A stretch of DNA of 64,000 nucleotides, from the NCBI GenBank assembly GCA_017515205.1, contig JAFWHN010000005.1, forward strand, positions 13 through 64,012. Reading direction: 5' to 3'. A program made the position numbers and the translations under genes. Under the pieces are notes generated by a model. It was not told the DNA's origin. It searched no databases and saw nothing but the letters and a program-made list of their open reading frames with translations. Source of the stretch: Candidatus Saccharimonadota bacterium (GTDB taxonomy: Bacteria > Patescibacteriota > Saccharimonadia > Saccharimonadales > Saccharimonadaceae). Shown piece after piece: positions 38,614 to 48,261 of this stretch (position 1 is the stretch's first letter; each line of letters starts with the position of its first letter).

Positions 38614-39651
38614 ATGAAACTATTAAAGAAAGATAATTCTAAAAAAACCGAAGAAGAAAAGGTCGAAGAGCGCCGCGAAGAGGTTTTGTCAAAAGGGCGT
38701 AAATTCAAATATCCTTTGCAGTGGACCAAACACCGCGTCGTCATTAATACGATTTTGATTGCTTTTGCCATTTTAGCTTTAATCATTACTGCTGGATGGT
38801 TGGCCCTGTATCAATTTGGCATGACGGACGACTTGCTTTATCGTGTCACCAGAATAATTCCAGTTTCAGTAGCGAGTGTTGATTCCGAAGATGTACGTTT
38901 TTCTGACTATCTTATGCTTTATCGCAGTAGCATCTCTTCTCTCGAACGCCAATCTAATAATCAATTTGACAATGAATCTATTGATGATTTGCACGCAGAA
39001 TACAAACGTTCTGCTCTCACCGAAGCCGAAGAATACGCATTAGCCGCGAAGCTAGCCCCAGAGCTTGACGTCACTGTCACTCCCGAGGAAGTTGACGCCG
39101 AATTTGATCGTCATCTCAAAATTGGTGGTCTTGATCGTAGTGAAGAAAGCTTCATGAAAATCGTCGAAGATAATTTCGGCCTCAGCAAAGATGAATATAA
39201 ACGCATGCTATATCTCACCTTATTAAAAGCTAAAGTTGAAACTAAAATCGATGATCAAGCTAACAAAATTGCCAAACAAGTGGAAGACATCCTTGCTTCA
39301 AGCGACAATGATTACGAAAAAGTCGCTACAGAACTTGGTGATCAAATTATTTACGAGGAAACTGGCGGATTAGTAGACAACAAAAATATTGACGGCGGTC
39401 GCGCTACCGAAGCCATGAAACTAGAACCAGGGAAGAGCAGTGGCAAATTTATTTCTATGAATGGCGATGGTTACTATTTCGTCAAATTAATTAAAAAAAC
39501 CAACGCCGAAGTCAACTTTGTCTCCATCAAAGTCCCGTTCACGGAATTTGATCAACGTTTTGAATCTCTCAAAAACGAAGGCAAAATCGTCGAATACATC
39601 ACCATCAACATTCCTTCCGAAGAAGAATCCACAACTAGCAACGAAAACTAA
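38614..39651 (+). CDS. SurA/PrsA N-terminal-domain-like foldase
   Basis: One TM helix, VASVDSEDV, helical chaperone domain, FGLSKDEYK; degenerate PPIase region. Confidence 0.65.
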   Translation: MKLLKKDNSKKTEEEKVEERREEVLSKGRKFKYPLQWTKHRVVINTILIAFAILALIITAGWLALYQFGMTDDLLYRVTRIIPVSVASVDSEDVRFSDYLMLYRSSISSLERQSNNQFDNESIDDLHAEYKRSALTEAEEYALAAKLAPELDVTVTPEEVDAEFDRHLKIGGLDRSEESFMKIVEDNFGLSKDEYKRMLYLTLLKAKVETKIDDQANKIAKQVEDILASSDNDYEKVATELGDQIIYEETGGLVDNKNIDGGRATEAMKLEPGKSSGKFISMNGDGYYFVKLIKKTNAEVNFVSIKVPFTEFDQRFESLKNEGKIVEYITINIPSEEESTTSNEN

Positions 39652-39711
39652 TAAAATTCTCTGTAAAACTACATGAGTCACAGTAGTAGGAAAATAAAAA
39701 ACATAAAAAAA

Positions 39712-39786
39712 TGGTGCGGGTATGGAGAGTCGGACTCCAATCTCATCCTTGGGAAGGATACATAATAGCCGTTATACGATACCCGC
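39712..39786 (-). tRNA. tRNA-Gly(CCC)
   Basis: GCGGGTA/TACCCGC; TATCC-TTCCCAA-GGATG; T-loop TCCGACT; A73-CCA. Confidence 0.9.
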
Positions 39787-39835
39787 GACTCTCCCTATTA
39801 TAGCACACGGGCTTAGATTATGGTATAATAATTTT

Positions 39836-41701
39836 ATGCAAGGATTAAAAGACCAACTTAAAAAAATTATTCAAGATTTGTATGGCCTCGATTTTGATCC
39901 CGAAGTTACTCCTGCTCCCGAGAATGTCACTGCCGATTATTCTACCAATGCACCCTTGAAACTTGCCAAAGAACTCCATAAATCTCCAATGATAATAGCA
40001 GAGGAGTTACAGAAAGCTTTTGTGAGCGTTCGCGACGACGGGAGCGAACGACGAAGCGCCGCCCGTAACGACGGGCCGGCGCGAGGAGGCGAGCAAAAGG
40101 TTTCTATAACTCCTCCTGGATTCATCAATTTCACTTTATCCGATTCTTACCTAGCAGAAAAGATTGATAGTTTATCAACTGATTTTGATCAATCTATTGT
40201 CTCTAATGATTACAAAGGTAAGACTGTGATTTGCGAGTTCAGCGATCCCAATCCTTTCAAAGTCCTTCACGTTGGTCACCTTTATACTAGTATCGTCGGT
40301 GACGCCATTTCAAATCTTTTTGAATATGCCGGCGCTAAGGTCATCCGCGCCAATTTCGGTGGTGACGTCGGTCTTCACGTGGCTAAAACCATGTATGTTC
40401 TACGGCAAAAGAATCCCAAAGAGATTCAAATCGAAGACATCTCCAGATGTTATGTCGAAGGTACCGCTCTTTATGAAGAAGATGAAAAAGCTCACCAAGA
40501 AATTACCGAGCTTAACAAAGAGATTTACAAAATCAATTCCGAAAACCTTCACGATTCTGACCTCGCTGAGTTATACTGGCAGGGCAGGGAATTATCTTAC
40601 GATTATTTCAAGAAGTTTTATGAGTCTATCGGCGTCAAGTTTGATAAGTATTATCCTGAATCTACCGTTGCGGCTCTTGGTCTAAAAACTGTCAAAGAAC
40701 AGCTAGAAAAAGGCGTCTACGAAAAAAGTGAAGGTGCTGTGATTTTCAACGGTGACAAATATGGCCTCCATACTCGCGTCTTTATTAATAGAGAAGGTGT
40801 CCCTACTTACGAAGCTAAGGATGTGGGTCTAATCTTCACTAAATGGCAAGATTATCATTTTGACAAATCTGTCGTCATTACTGGTTCCGAGCAGCTTGAT
40901 TACATGAAAGTGGTCTTAAAATCGGTCGAACAATACGCGCCCGAATTAGTTGAGCGCACCAGCCATTTAACTCACGGCCTTGTCAAACTCCCTGGTAATG
41001 TCAAAATGTCTTCTCGAAAAGGTAATTTCTTAAAAGCCGTTGACGTTCTCGATATGGTCAAAAACGAGCTAAAAACTGAGTATAACTCCGATGACGAGAT
41101 TGTCTCTCTCGCTGCTACCAAATATGCTTTCCTGAAATATAAAATGGGCGGCAACATTATCTTCGATCCGAAAGAATCCGTCAAAATGACCGGCAATTCC
41201 GGCCCATACCTGCTATATTCCGCCGTTCGTGCCGAAAAGATTCTTGAAAAGACGCAGGAGGGGCTCAAAAACAAGACACGAGTGAGCATTCACGACAACG
41301 GGAGTGAACGACGAAGCGCCACCCGTGACGACCGTCGTAGGAGCCGAGAAGACGAAAAGCTTGCTTTTCGTGTCGAGGCCACGCCCGACGGACGACCTAT
41401 GGTCGACGGGCCGGCGCGAGGAGGCGAGCGAGGGCTTGTTTTTGAGCCCTCCGAACGTGACTTATCTAAAAAGCTGTTGGACTATAAAGGAGTCTTGCAG
41501 GTCGCCGTTGCCGAAATGGCTCCGCACAAATTAGCGAATTACTTATACGAACTTGCCCAAACCTTTAGCCGTTTCTACGAGAGCTGTCCTGTAGCTGGCA
41601 GCGATCGAGAAGAGGAGCGCTTAAAGCTCGTCCAAGTCTACCTAGACACCATGACTCACGGTCTTAAAATTTTAGATATTAATATTCCGGAGGAAATGTA
41701 A
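39836..41701 (+). CDS. argS: Arginine--tRNA ligase with two in-frame repeat insertions
   Basis: PGFINF, DPNPFKVLHVGH, KMSSRKG, GNSGPYLLY; start after TATAAT + 6 nt. Confidence 0.95.
   Translation: MQGLKDQLKKIIQDLYGLDFDPEVTPAPENVTADYSTNAPLKLAKELHKSPMIIAEELQKAFVSVRDDGSERRSAARNDGPARGGEQKVSITPPGFINFTLSDSYLAEKIDSLSTDFDQSIVSNDYKGKTVICEFSDPNPFKVLHVGHLYTSIVGDAISNLFEYAGAKVIRANFGGDVGLHVAKTMYVLRQKNPKEIQIEDISRCYVEGTALYEEDEKAHQEITELNKEIYKINSENLHDSDLAELYWQGRELSYDYFKKFYESIGVKFDKYYPESTVAALGLKTVKEQLEKGVYEKSEGAVIFNGDKYGLHTRVFINREGVPTYEAKDVGLIFTKWQDYHFDKSVVITGSEQLDYMKVVLKSVEQYAPELVERTSHLTHGLVKLPGNVKMSSRKGNFLKAVDVLDMVKNELKTEYNSDDEIVSLAATKYAFLKYKMGGNIIFDPKESVKMTGNSGPYLLYSAVRAEKILEKTQEGLKNKTRVSIHDNGSERRSATRDDRRRSREDEKLAFRVEATPDGRPMVDGPARGGERGLVFEPSERDLSKKLLDYKGVLQVAVAEMAPHKLANYLYELAQTFSRFYESCPVAGSDREEERLKLVQVYLDTMTHGLKILDINIPEEM
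40022..40094 (+). repeat. GC-rich palindromic element, copy 1 (in argS)
   Basis: 73 nt; near-identical to 41282-41332 joined to 41408-41429. Confidence 0.9.
41261..41449 (+). repeat. Palindromic element copy 2 with nested 75-nt insert and 15-bp terminal inverted repeats (in argS)
   Basis: gggctcaaaaacaag (41261-41275) and cttgtttttgagccc (41435-41449) are perfect inverted repeats. Confidence 0.9.
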
Positions 41702-42225
41702 TGAAAAAAGCCAAATTGCTATGGGTGGATTTAGAGATGACTGGCCTCGATCCCGAGAAGGACAAAATTCTCGAAGTCGCTGCCATCGCTACCGATATGG
41801 ATTTAAAGCCAATTGCTAACTATGAAGCCGTAGTAAAAGTCGACGAAAAGCTCATGAAAGAGCGCATGATAGGTGATTTCTGGGAGAAAAACAAGAGATC
41901 ATATGATGCTCTAATGGCCCAAAATAAAGACGGCAAGCCAGTCAAAACCGTTGAAAAAGAACTCCTGACTTTTCTCAAACAGAATTTCGGCGAAACAGTT
42001 TATCTCGCTGGTAATTCTATCCACCAAGATCGCAAGTTTATCGAAAGGGAAATGCCAGAGTTAAACAGCAAGCTGCACTATCGTATGCTTGATGTTTCCG
42101 CCTGGAAGATTTATTTCGAGAACGCTTTAAATCACAAATTCGTTAAACCCGAAAATCATCGGGCCTTAGACGATATTAATGGTAGCATAGAGGAGCTCAA
42201 ATGGTATTTGACGTTTCTAAAATAA
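41701..42225 (+). CDS. orn: Oligoribonuclease
   Basis: LLWVDLEMTGLD, GNSIHQDR, HYRMLDVS, HRALDDI. Confidence 0.95.
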   Translation: MKKAKLLWVDLEMTGLDPEKDKILEVAAIATDMDLKPIANYEAVVKVDEKLMKERMIGDFWEKNKRSYDALMAQNKDGKPVKTVEKELLTFLKQNFGETVYLAGNSIHQDRKFIEREMPELNSKLHYRMLDVSAWKIYFENALNHKFVKPENHRALDDINGSIEELKWYLTFLK

Positions 42226-42488
42226 GTGGCATCGGCGAATTTAGGATCGTCAAAGAAAAAGACCGTGAATTGTATTTTAGAGGTCAGTTAGCTTTTTTGG
42301 TTTTGCATCGTAATACCATCGAATTACGTTGCGATGTCAGATTGAGCGAGAATCTCAAAGCTAAATATGAATCTATTATGGAGTCTCGTTATTTCGGCAA
42401 AGGCGGTATTGAAATTGTTTTGGCCAATCAATTAAGCCCCCAAGAAATTGAGGACTTAATCAGGCTTAGTTATAACCTTACTACTTAG
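42201..42488 (+). CDS. MmcQ/YjbR-like protein
   Basis: IELRCD...L..KY...DLIRLSYNL resembles YjbR. Confidence 0.55.
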   Translation: MVFDVSKISGIGEFRIVKEKDRELYFRGQLAFLVLHRNTIELRCDVRLSENLKAKYESIMESRYFGKGGIEIVLANQLSPQEIEDLIRLSYNLTT

Positions 42489-42888
42489 ATTTTTTCTCGT
42501 CTTTTGCGTCTTTTTCAGCTTTTTTTGCGTCACGCTTGCGATTTAATCTATTCATTGCCTTGATGATCATAAAGATGACCCATGCTATAATGAGAAATTC
42601 TACAGCCGTTTGGATAAAGTTGCCGTAAGCAATTACTGCCTCGTCACCCGTACCAAAGAAATTCGGAATCCGAATCGCCAGATTTGTAAAGTCAACACCA
42701 CCTAGGAGCAACCCTACAATTGGCATTACGATATCGTTGACGAGCGAATTTACGATTGCTGTGAAGGCTCCGCCTACTGCCACACCTACGGCTAGGTCAA
42801 TCATTGAACCTCGGTTAATAAATTCGATAAACTCCTCTTTCAACCCCTGTTTTTCTTTTAGCTTTGCCGCCTCCTCAGATTTTGCCAT
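42481..42888 (-). CDS. mscL: Large-conductance mechanosensitive channel
   Basis: [33 protein letters not shown]; YGNFI. Confidence 0.96.
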   Translation of the reverse strand: MAKSEEAAKLKEKQGLKEEFIEFINRGSMIDLAVGVAVGGAFTAIVNSLVNDIVMPIVGLLLGGVDFTNLAIRIPNFFGTGDEAVIAYGNFIQTAVEFLIIAWVIFMIIKAMNRLNRKRDAKKAEKDAKDEKKSK

Positions 42889-42905
42889 AAAACTCCTTTC
42901 GTTTA

Positions 42906-43520
42906 TTATTTGGTCTCTGAAAAATCATTAAATTTATCATATAAATTTTCCAGACTATTGTGATTTTCTTTGAGGTCTTCCTTAAAAGCCTCGTTCTTCG
43001 TTGCGTCTATCAGTTTAGATTCTTCTGATAGAATCATCGTTATCTCATACGCCATTTTATGTGCAAAAATCCGATCCAGAATACCATTGATTTTTGCGTC
43101 AAATAGCTCCGCATCTAGCTCATCCATTTCTAGTTTTGCCGCTTCGACGACTTTCTCATCAATATTTTTCTTATTTAAACTATATTTTTCAGTTAAATAT
43201 TCTTCAATCTTGTTATCTATATTGGATAGAATTCCCGAAAGGGAAGCACTATTAGACCTTAGATCGGAGGATTTAATATCAGACTGATATTTCTTAATGA
43301 TTTCGTTAGTATTATCAATATGTAAGAATAAATCAATTGATAAGTTTTTCTCGCCACCCTTTCCGCTACCGAGCATCGAACCTATAATAATCAATACTAG
43401 AAGTGCACCAACGCCTATTATACCAATCTTAAAATAGATTGAAGAGAAAATACCATTTTTTTTCTTTGCTACCGGTCGATTAGCGGCTGAGATTTGATTC
43501 AGATATTCTTGCCCGTCCAT
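42906..43520 (-). CDS. Hypothetical membrane protein
   Basis: YLNQI N-terminus, one TM helix, helical domain. Confidence 0.65.
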   Translation of the reverse strand: MDGQEYLNQISAANRPVAKKKNGIFSSIYFKIGIIGVGALLVLIIIGSMLGSGKGGEKNLSIDLFLHIDNTNEIIKKYQSDIKSSDLRSNSASLSGILSNIDNKIEEYLTEKYSLNKKNIDEKVVEAAKLEMDELDAELFDAKINGILDRIFAHKMAYEITMILSEESKLIDATKNEAFKEDLKENHNSLENLYDKFNDFSETK

Positions 43521-43536
43521 ATGCTATAATTATAAC

Positions 43537-45171
43537 ATGAATGACGCGAAGGAGGAAATCAAATCTCGTCTCGCGGTGGAAGACGTAGTCGGACAATATG
43601 TGGAGTTGAAACGTGCCGGCCGTAATCTTAAAGGCCATTCTCCTTGGGGTGTAGATAAAACTCCTAGTTTCATGGTTTCTCCCGAAAAAGGTATTTGGCA
43701 TGATTTTTCTGCTAATAAAGGCGGTGACATTTTTTCCTTTATTATGGAAGTCGAAGGAATCAGTTTTAAAGAGGCTCTTGAAAAACTGGCTGGCCAAGCC
43801 GGAGTTGATCTGTCTAAATATAAAGGTGGGGATGTTCATACAGCTCAGAAAAAATCCCGCGCTAAAGCCGCTCTGGCTCTTGCTACCAAATACTACCAAG
43901 CCTGTTTAGTTCGTAATAAATCAGTCTGTGAATATGTTTTTTATAAACGCAACCTCAACCGTCCTACGGTGGCCGAATTTAAAATTGGCTACGCTCCCGC
44001 TTCCGGCAAAGCTCTCATTTCTGTGCTCCAAAAACATGGTTTTACCGAAGCAGAACTCGATGCTGCCGGGCTCTTAAATCGTTTTAAATCTGATTTATTC
44101 CGCAATCGTATGACGGTACCTTTTATCGACTCCTCTGGCGATGTGATTGGTTTTACAGCGCGTGTCCTAGATAAATCCGAGCCGAAATATTTAAACACTC
44201 CAGAAACAATTTTGTTCAATAAATCCAAATACATTTTTGGCCTGTATCAAGCTAAAGAATCAATTAGAAGAAACGGTTTTGTCGTCATCGTCGAAGGCAA
44301 TATGGATGTTATATCTTCCCATCAGGCCGGAGTTAAAGAAGCCGTCGCTACTTCCGGCACTGCGATGACTGAGCAGCATCTCAAAATCTTATCCCATCTC
44401 ACTAGCGATATTCGCTTGGCTTACGATGGTGATGCAGCCGGTGTTAAAGCCACCGAACGCGCCATTATGATGGCCGGTGATCTTGGCATTGATCTCACGG
44501 TTATTTCAGATTATCATGGCGCTAAGGATCCCGATGAACTCATCCAAAAAGATCCCAAACTTTGGCAAAAAGCCGTTGAAAAAAGTATTCCGGCCGTTGA
44601 CTGGCTTCTTCAAAAATACGAGGAAAACCTAGATCTTTCATCTGCCCCTGGCAAACGTAAATATTCAGATATCGCCCTTAAATTACTAGATTATGTCAAA
44701 GATGAAGTTGAAAAATCCAGTTATGAGAAAAAAATTGCTCAAAAATTAGATGTTTCGGTCGAAGTTTTACGAGAAAAAGGCGACCGTCTTGAAAAAAAGT
44801 TAGCTTCTTCTGCCAGAAAATATCTCAAAACTCCTAAAACCACTCTTAAAGATTCTCAGCTAGAAAAACTCGAAAACTCGCTTCTAGCTCTTAAAGTCTT
44901 TGGTGGCCTAACAAAAACTGATATTCCTCTCGAAATTCCGGATGACGACACTCGCCTTGCTGAGCTAGAACTAATTTTCAACCACGAACACGAAAACACT
45001 AAGGATTCAGATTTAGAAATTGAAGCTGCCGAGTTATTAGCGCGTTATAAAAAAGCCCTCACCAAGCAGGAAATTGTTACTTTATCGGCGCAGCTAGAAT
45101 CCCTGGATGAAGATTCCGACGAATACCTTAGTTTACTCCGCAAGATTCAAACCCTGCAACATAGCGAATAG
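43537..45171 (+). CDS. dnaG: DNA primase
   Basis: Degenerate Zn domain (SPWGVDKTPSF), PKYLNTPET, VEGNMD TOPRIM, YDGD, KDPDE. Confidence 0.95.
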   Translation: MNDAKEEIKSRLAVEDVVGQYVELKRAGRNLKGHSPWGVDKTPSFMVSPEKGIWHDFSANKGGDIFSFIMEVEGISFKEALEKLAGQAGVDLSKYKGGDVHTAQKKSRAKAALALATKYYQACLVRNKSVCEYVFYKRNLNRPTVAEFKIGYAPASGKALISVLQKHGFTEAELDAAGLLNRFKSDLFRNRMTVPFIDSSGDVIGFTARVLDKSEPKYLNTPETILFNKSKYIFGLYQAKESIRRNGFVVIVEGNMDVISSHQAGVKEAVATSGTAMTEQHLKILSHLTSDIRLAYDGDAAGVKATERAIMMAGDLGIDLTVISDYHGAKDPDELIQKDPKLWQKAVEKSIPAVDWLLQKYEENLDLSSAPGKRKYSDIALKLLDYVKDEVEKSSYEKKIAQKLDVSVEVLREKGDRLEKKLASSARKYLKTPKTTLKDSQLEKLENSLLALKVFGGLTKTDIPLEIPDDDTRLAELELIFNHEHENTKDSDLEIEAAELLARYKKALTKQEIVTLSAQLESLDEDSDEYLSLLRKIQTLQHSE

Positions 45172-45216
45172 ACTCTTAGTTGCATTATTTTTCTGAATAT
45201 ACTATACTTATACGTA

Positions 45217-46191
45217 ATGAACTTGCAAAACGATGATATTTTGGATGCTCAAGATTTAGCTTTAGATATTGATGAGCCGGAAAGTGATGATCTAGAAAGG
45301 GAAGAAGAGCTTTCTGATGAAGAATTAGCTATTACCGCGGAGAACGTTGATTCTTTTGCTGATGATTCTGTTAGGTTATATCTACGCGAAATCGGTAAAA
45401 TTCCTCTTCTAAGTCCTGAAGAAGAAGCCGATTTAGCCAAGCGCATCGTCAAAGGCGATAAAAAAGCCAAAGACAAAATGGTTGAATCCAATATGCGTTT
45501 GGTCGTTTCGATTGCTAAACGTTATGGTGGTCGTGGTCTAGATTTTCTCGATCTCATTCAAGAGGGAAACACAGGCCTACTACGTGCAGTTGAAAAATTT
45601 GACCCCGACAAAGGTTTTAAGTTCTCTACCTATGCTACTTGGTGGGTGCGTCAAGCCATTACTCGTGCTATCGCCGATCAGGCTCGCACTATTCGTATTC
45701 CTGTCCATATGGTTGAAACCATCAACAAGGTTTTAAGAACTACTCGTAAGCTTACTGCCGAACTCAACCGTGAACCCACCAATGAAGAAATCGCTAAAGC
45801 TCTTGATATGGAAGTTGATAAAGTTGACTACGTTATGCGCATCAAACAAGATATTGCTTCGCTCGATGCTTCCATTGGGCGCGAAGGTGACGATGAAGAT
45901 TCCGTGCTGGGTGATTTTGTCGAAGACGAAGAGCGTGACTCGCCCGAAGATTCTGCTGCTAACCAAATTTTAAAAGAGCAATTGTCTGAGATTATTTCTA
46001 CTTTGACTGATCGTGAACAAAAAATCATTCGTTTGCGTTTTGGTATTGGTGGTGGTCGTCCTCATACTCTAGAAGAAGTTGGCGCCGAATTCGATGTTAC
46101 TCGTGAGCGTATTCGCCAAATTGAGGCAAAGGCCTTGAGTAAGCTTCGCAAGAACAAAGACACTAAAAAACTACACGAATATTTAAGATAG
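45217..46191 (+). CDS. rpoD: Primary sigma factor (short, lacking region 1.1)
   Basis: [40 protein letters not shown]. Confidence 0.96.
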   Translation: MNLQNDDILDAQDLALDIDEPESDDLEREEELSDEELAITAENVDSFADDSVRLYLREIGKIPLLSPEEEADLAKRIVKGDKKAKDKMVESNMRLVVSIAKRYGGRGLDFLDLIQEGNTGLLRAVEKFDPDKGFKFSTYATWWVRQAITRAIADQARTIRIPVHMVETINKVLRTTRKLTAELNREPTNEEIAKALDMEVDKVDYVMRIKQDIASLDASIGREGDDEDSVLGDFVEDEERDSPEDSAANQILKEQLSEIISTLTDREQKIIRLRFGIGGGRPHTLEEVGAEFDVTRERIRQIEAKALSKLRKNKDTKKLHEYLR

Positions 46192-46201
46192 GAGGTTAAA
46201 A

Positions 46202-46561
46202 GTGAAAAAAGTTTTGCCATTATTAGCTGCTACCATGCTTGTATTTTCAGCTTTTACTGCTCCTTCAGTTATGGCCAAAAAAGACGATGACCCTCCGACC
46301 GCTATTCTTACCGATTGTGGTCAAGCCGAAGACGGTATTATGTGTATTTTAGAGCTCGTCATCGATATTATGACGATTGGTGTTGGTATCCTTGGCGTCA
46401 TCGGCATCACAGTTGTAGGTATTCAATATTTGACTGCCGGTGGTAATGAAGAAAAAACCCGTAAATCCAAAACCCGGATGTTTGAGATTATTATTGGACT
46501 AGTCGCCTATGCTTTGATTTACACCGTTCTCAAGTGGCTCCTACCGGGATTCGGCTCTTAA
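46202..46561 (+). CDS. TrbC/VirB2-like pilin
   Basis: Signal peptide, Cys pair, GIQYLTAGG.EEKTRKSK, two TM helices. Confidence 0.8.
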   Translation: MKKVLPLLAATMLVFSAFTAPSVMAKKDDDPPTAILTDCGQAEDGIMCILELVIDIMTIGVGILGVIGITVVGIQYLTAGGNEEKTRKSKTRMFEIIIGLVAYALIYTVLKWLLPGFGS

Positions 46562-46564
46562 GGA

Positions 46565-47482
46565 GTGAGTATGAAAAGGCTGATTTTAGTTTATAACCCT
46601 CGTTCGTCTCGTTTTGCAGATGTCAAAGCTAGTGTTTTAGATTGCGTGCACGATTTAAAAAGCTTTACCATTGGTAAATATGAAATTGCCCCGACTAATC
46701 TAGATGATAATATTGCTAAACTTTCCCAAATTTTACGGGATGACGATCTTTTACTTTCTGCTGGCGGCGATGCAACCGGCGTAATTTGCGCCAACGCTAT
46801 TATTAAATCCCAAAAAGACGTGACTTTGTCAGTTTTGCCGTTTGGTAATTTCAACGATCTCGCTCGCACCCTCGGCACCAAAACTTTCGATGACATCTTT
46901 TCTCGCGATAAGCTTATCTCTAAACAACTTTATCCTCTTGAAATCATCATTGATGGCAAACTTTTTCGCTATGCCACTTGTTATGTTACCATCGGTATGA
47001 CCGCTGCTGCTGTTAAACTTTATGATAGCCCCAAAATGCGCGCCAAATTAAAAACCAATTTTGGCCGTAAAGTTAGTTCCTATACGAATCTCACAAGCTG
47101 GTATTTTAAAAATCGTCATCGACAAGTTTTCCTTCCCGAATTCAAACTAAACGGTCAGCCAATGTCTCCTAAAATTTCCGACTACGCTGCCGTAAATGGA
47201 CGCTCTATGGCGCGCGTCATGAAGGGCGGGGAAGATTTTCTCGATTCCACTCATTTTCGTAGCGAAACTGACCATCTAACCAGTTTTTACCGTCTGTTCA
47301 AGCTCATGTCTCGCAGTATTTTTTCGCGCATTCCTGGTTCTACTACCACCGGCGATGTCATAGAGTTTAAGAATTCTGCTACTTTTACCCTTCAAGCCGA
47401 GGGTGAGTCAAAAGACTGTCAAAATGTCAAAAAAATTGAAATTAGAAAGGGAACTCAGTGCCTGAAAGTAATCACGAACTAG
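46565..47482 (+). CDS. Diacylglycerol-kinase-family protein
   Basis: VYNPRS, AGGDAT, LPFGNFNDLARTLG. Confidence 0.8.
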   Translation: MSMKRLILVYNPRSSRFADVKASVLDCVHDLKSFTIGKYEIAPTNLDDNIAKLSQILRDDDLLLSAGGDATGVICANAIIKSQKDVTLSVLPFGNFNDLARTLGTKTFDDIFSRDKLISKQLYPLEIIIDGKLFRYATCYVTIGMTAAAVKLYDSPKMRAKLKTNFGRKVSSYTNLTSWYFKNRHRQVFLPEFKLNGQPMSPKISDYAAVNGRSMARVMKGGEDFLDSTHFRSETDHLTSFYRLFKLMSRSIFSRIPGSTTTGDVIEFKNSATFTLQAEGESKDCQNVKKIEIRKGTQCLKVITN

Positions 47483-48261
47483 TGCAAGTTGTTTCTTATA
47501 TGAAAGCCCATTGGCCGTCCCATGTTAAACCAGAGTGGCAAGTAGATTTAGCGGACTATCCGGCTATCTTAAAGCAGGTGCTAGCAGATTTTACTCCTCA
47601 TGCCACCAAAAACCATCGTTTGTTTCGCATTGCTGGCATCTCTGGTTCTGGCAAAACTACTCAAATCCTTCCAGCCGTGGAGGCCTACTGTGAAAAGAAT
47701 CACCTTAGTCCAATCCTTATCGCTGCCCGACGTTTTGTAGAATATCATCCACATTACCAGGAAATTAAAGAGTATTATGGTGCCGAGAATCTGCGCAAAA
47801 TGACTGATGAGTTTTCTACCATTATGCTATTTTTGAGCTTATCTGAGCTCATTAAAAATGGCTATGATATCATTCTCGACGTGACGCTTTTAGCACCAGA
47901 AATGGAAGGCATCCTCCTAAAAATGCTTGAAAAAGAGAACTATGACTTACTAATTCTCATGGTCGCCATTTCACCTGCTGTGACAGAACACTTTTTGAAA
48001 GACCGTGCTTGGCGTCATACCAAAAAAACGGAGCAAGAATTTATCAAAGCTACCTCAGCAGCATTGCAATTTTACGCCGAGTCAAAACCCGATACCCATA
48101 TTATCGTATGGAGCGTATATGATAAATTACCAGTTTATGACGGCCCTATCAAAGATTCTCTTAAGACTTTTTCCGACTTATCTTCGTGTCAAGAATTACC
48201 AGCTCGTGACGATCCCGCTCGTCGCGATGCCAAAATCGAATATCTTGCAGAAATTAACTAG
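47482..48261 (+). CDS. Zeta-toxin-like P-loop kinase
   Basis: GISGSGKTT; RFVEYHPHYQEI resembles the zeta motif; YDIILDVT. Confidence 0.65.
   Translation: MQVVSYMKAHWPSHVKPEWQVDLADYPAILKQVLADFTPHATKNHRLFRIAGISGSGKTTQILPAVEAYCEKNHLSPILIAARRFVEYHPHYQEIKEYYGAENLRKMTDEFSTIMLFLSLSELIKNGYDIILDVTLLAPEMEGILLKMLEKENYDLLILMVAISPAVTEHFLKDRAWRHTKKTEQEFIKATSAALQFYAESKPDTHIIVWSVYDKLPVYDGPIKDSLKTFSDLSSCQELPARDDPARRDAKIEYLAEIN

Noticed and set aside
39722-39835. Extended argS N-terminus from the ORF track
   Set aside because: It is antisense to tRNA-Gly; the real start is 39836.
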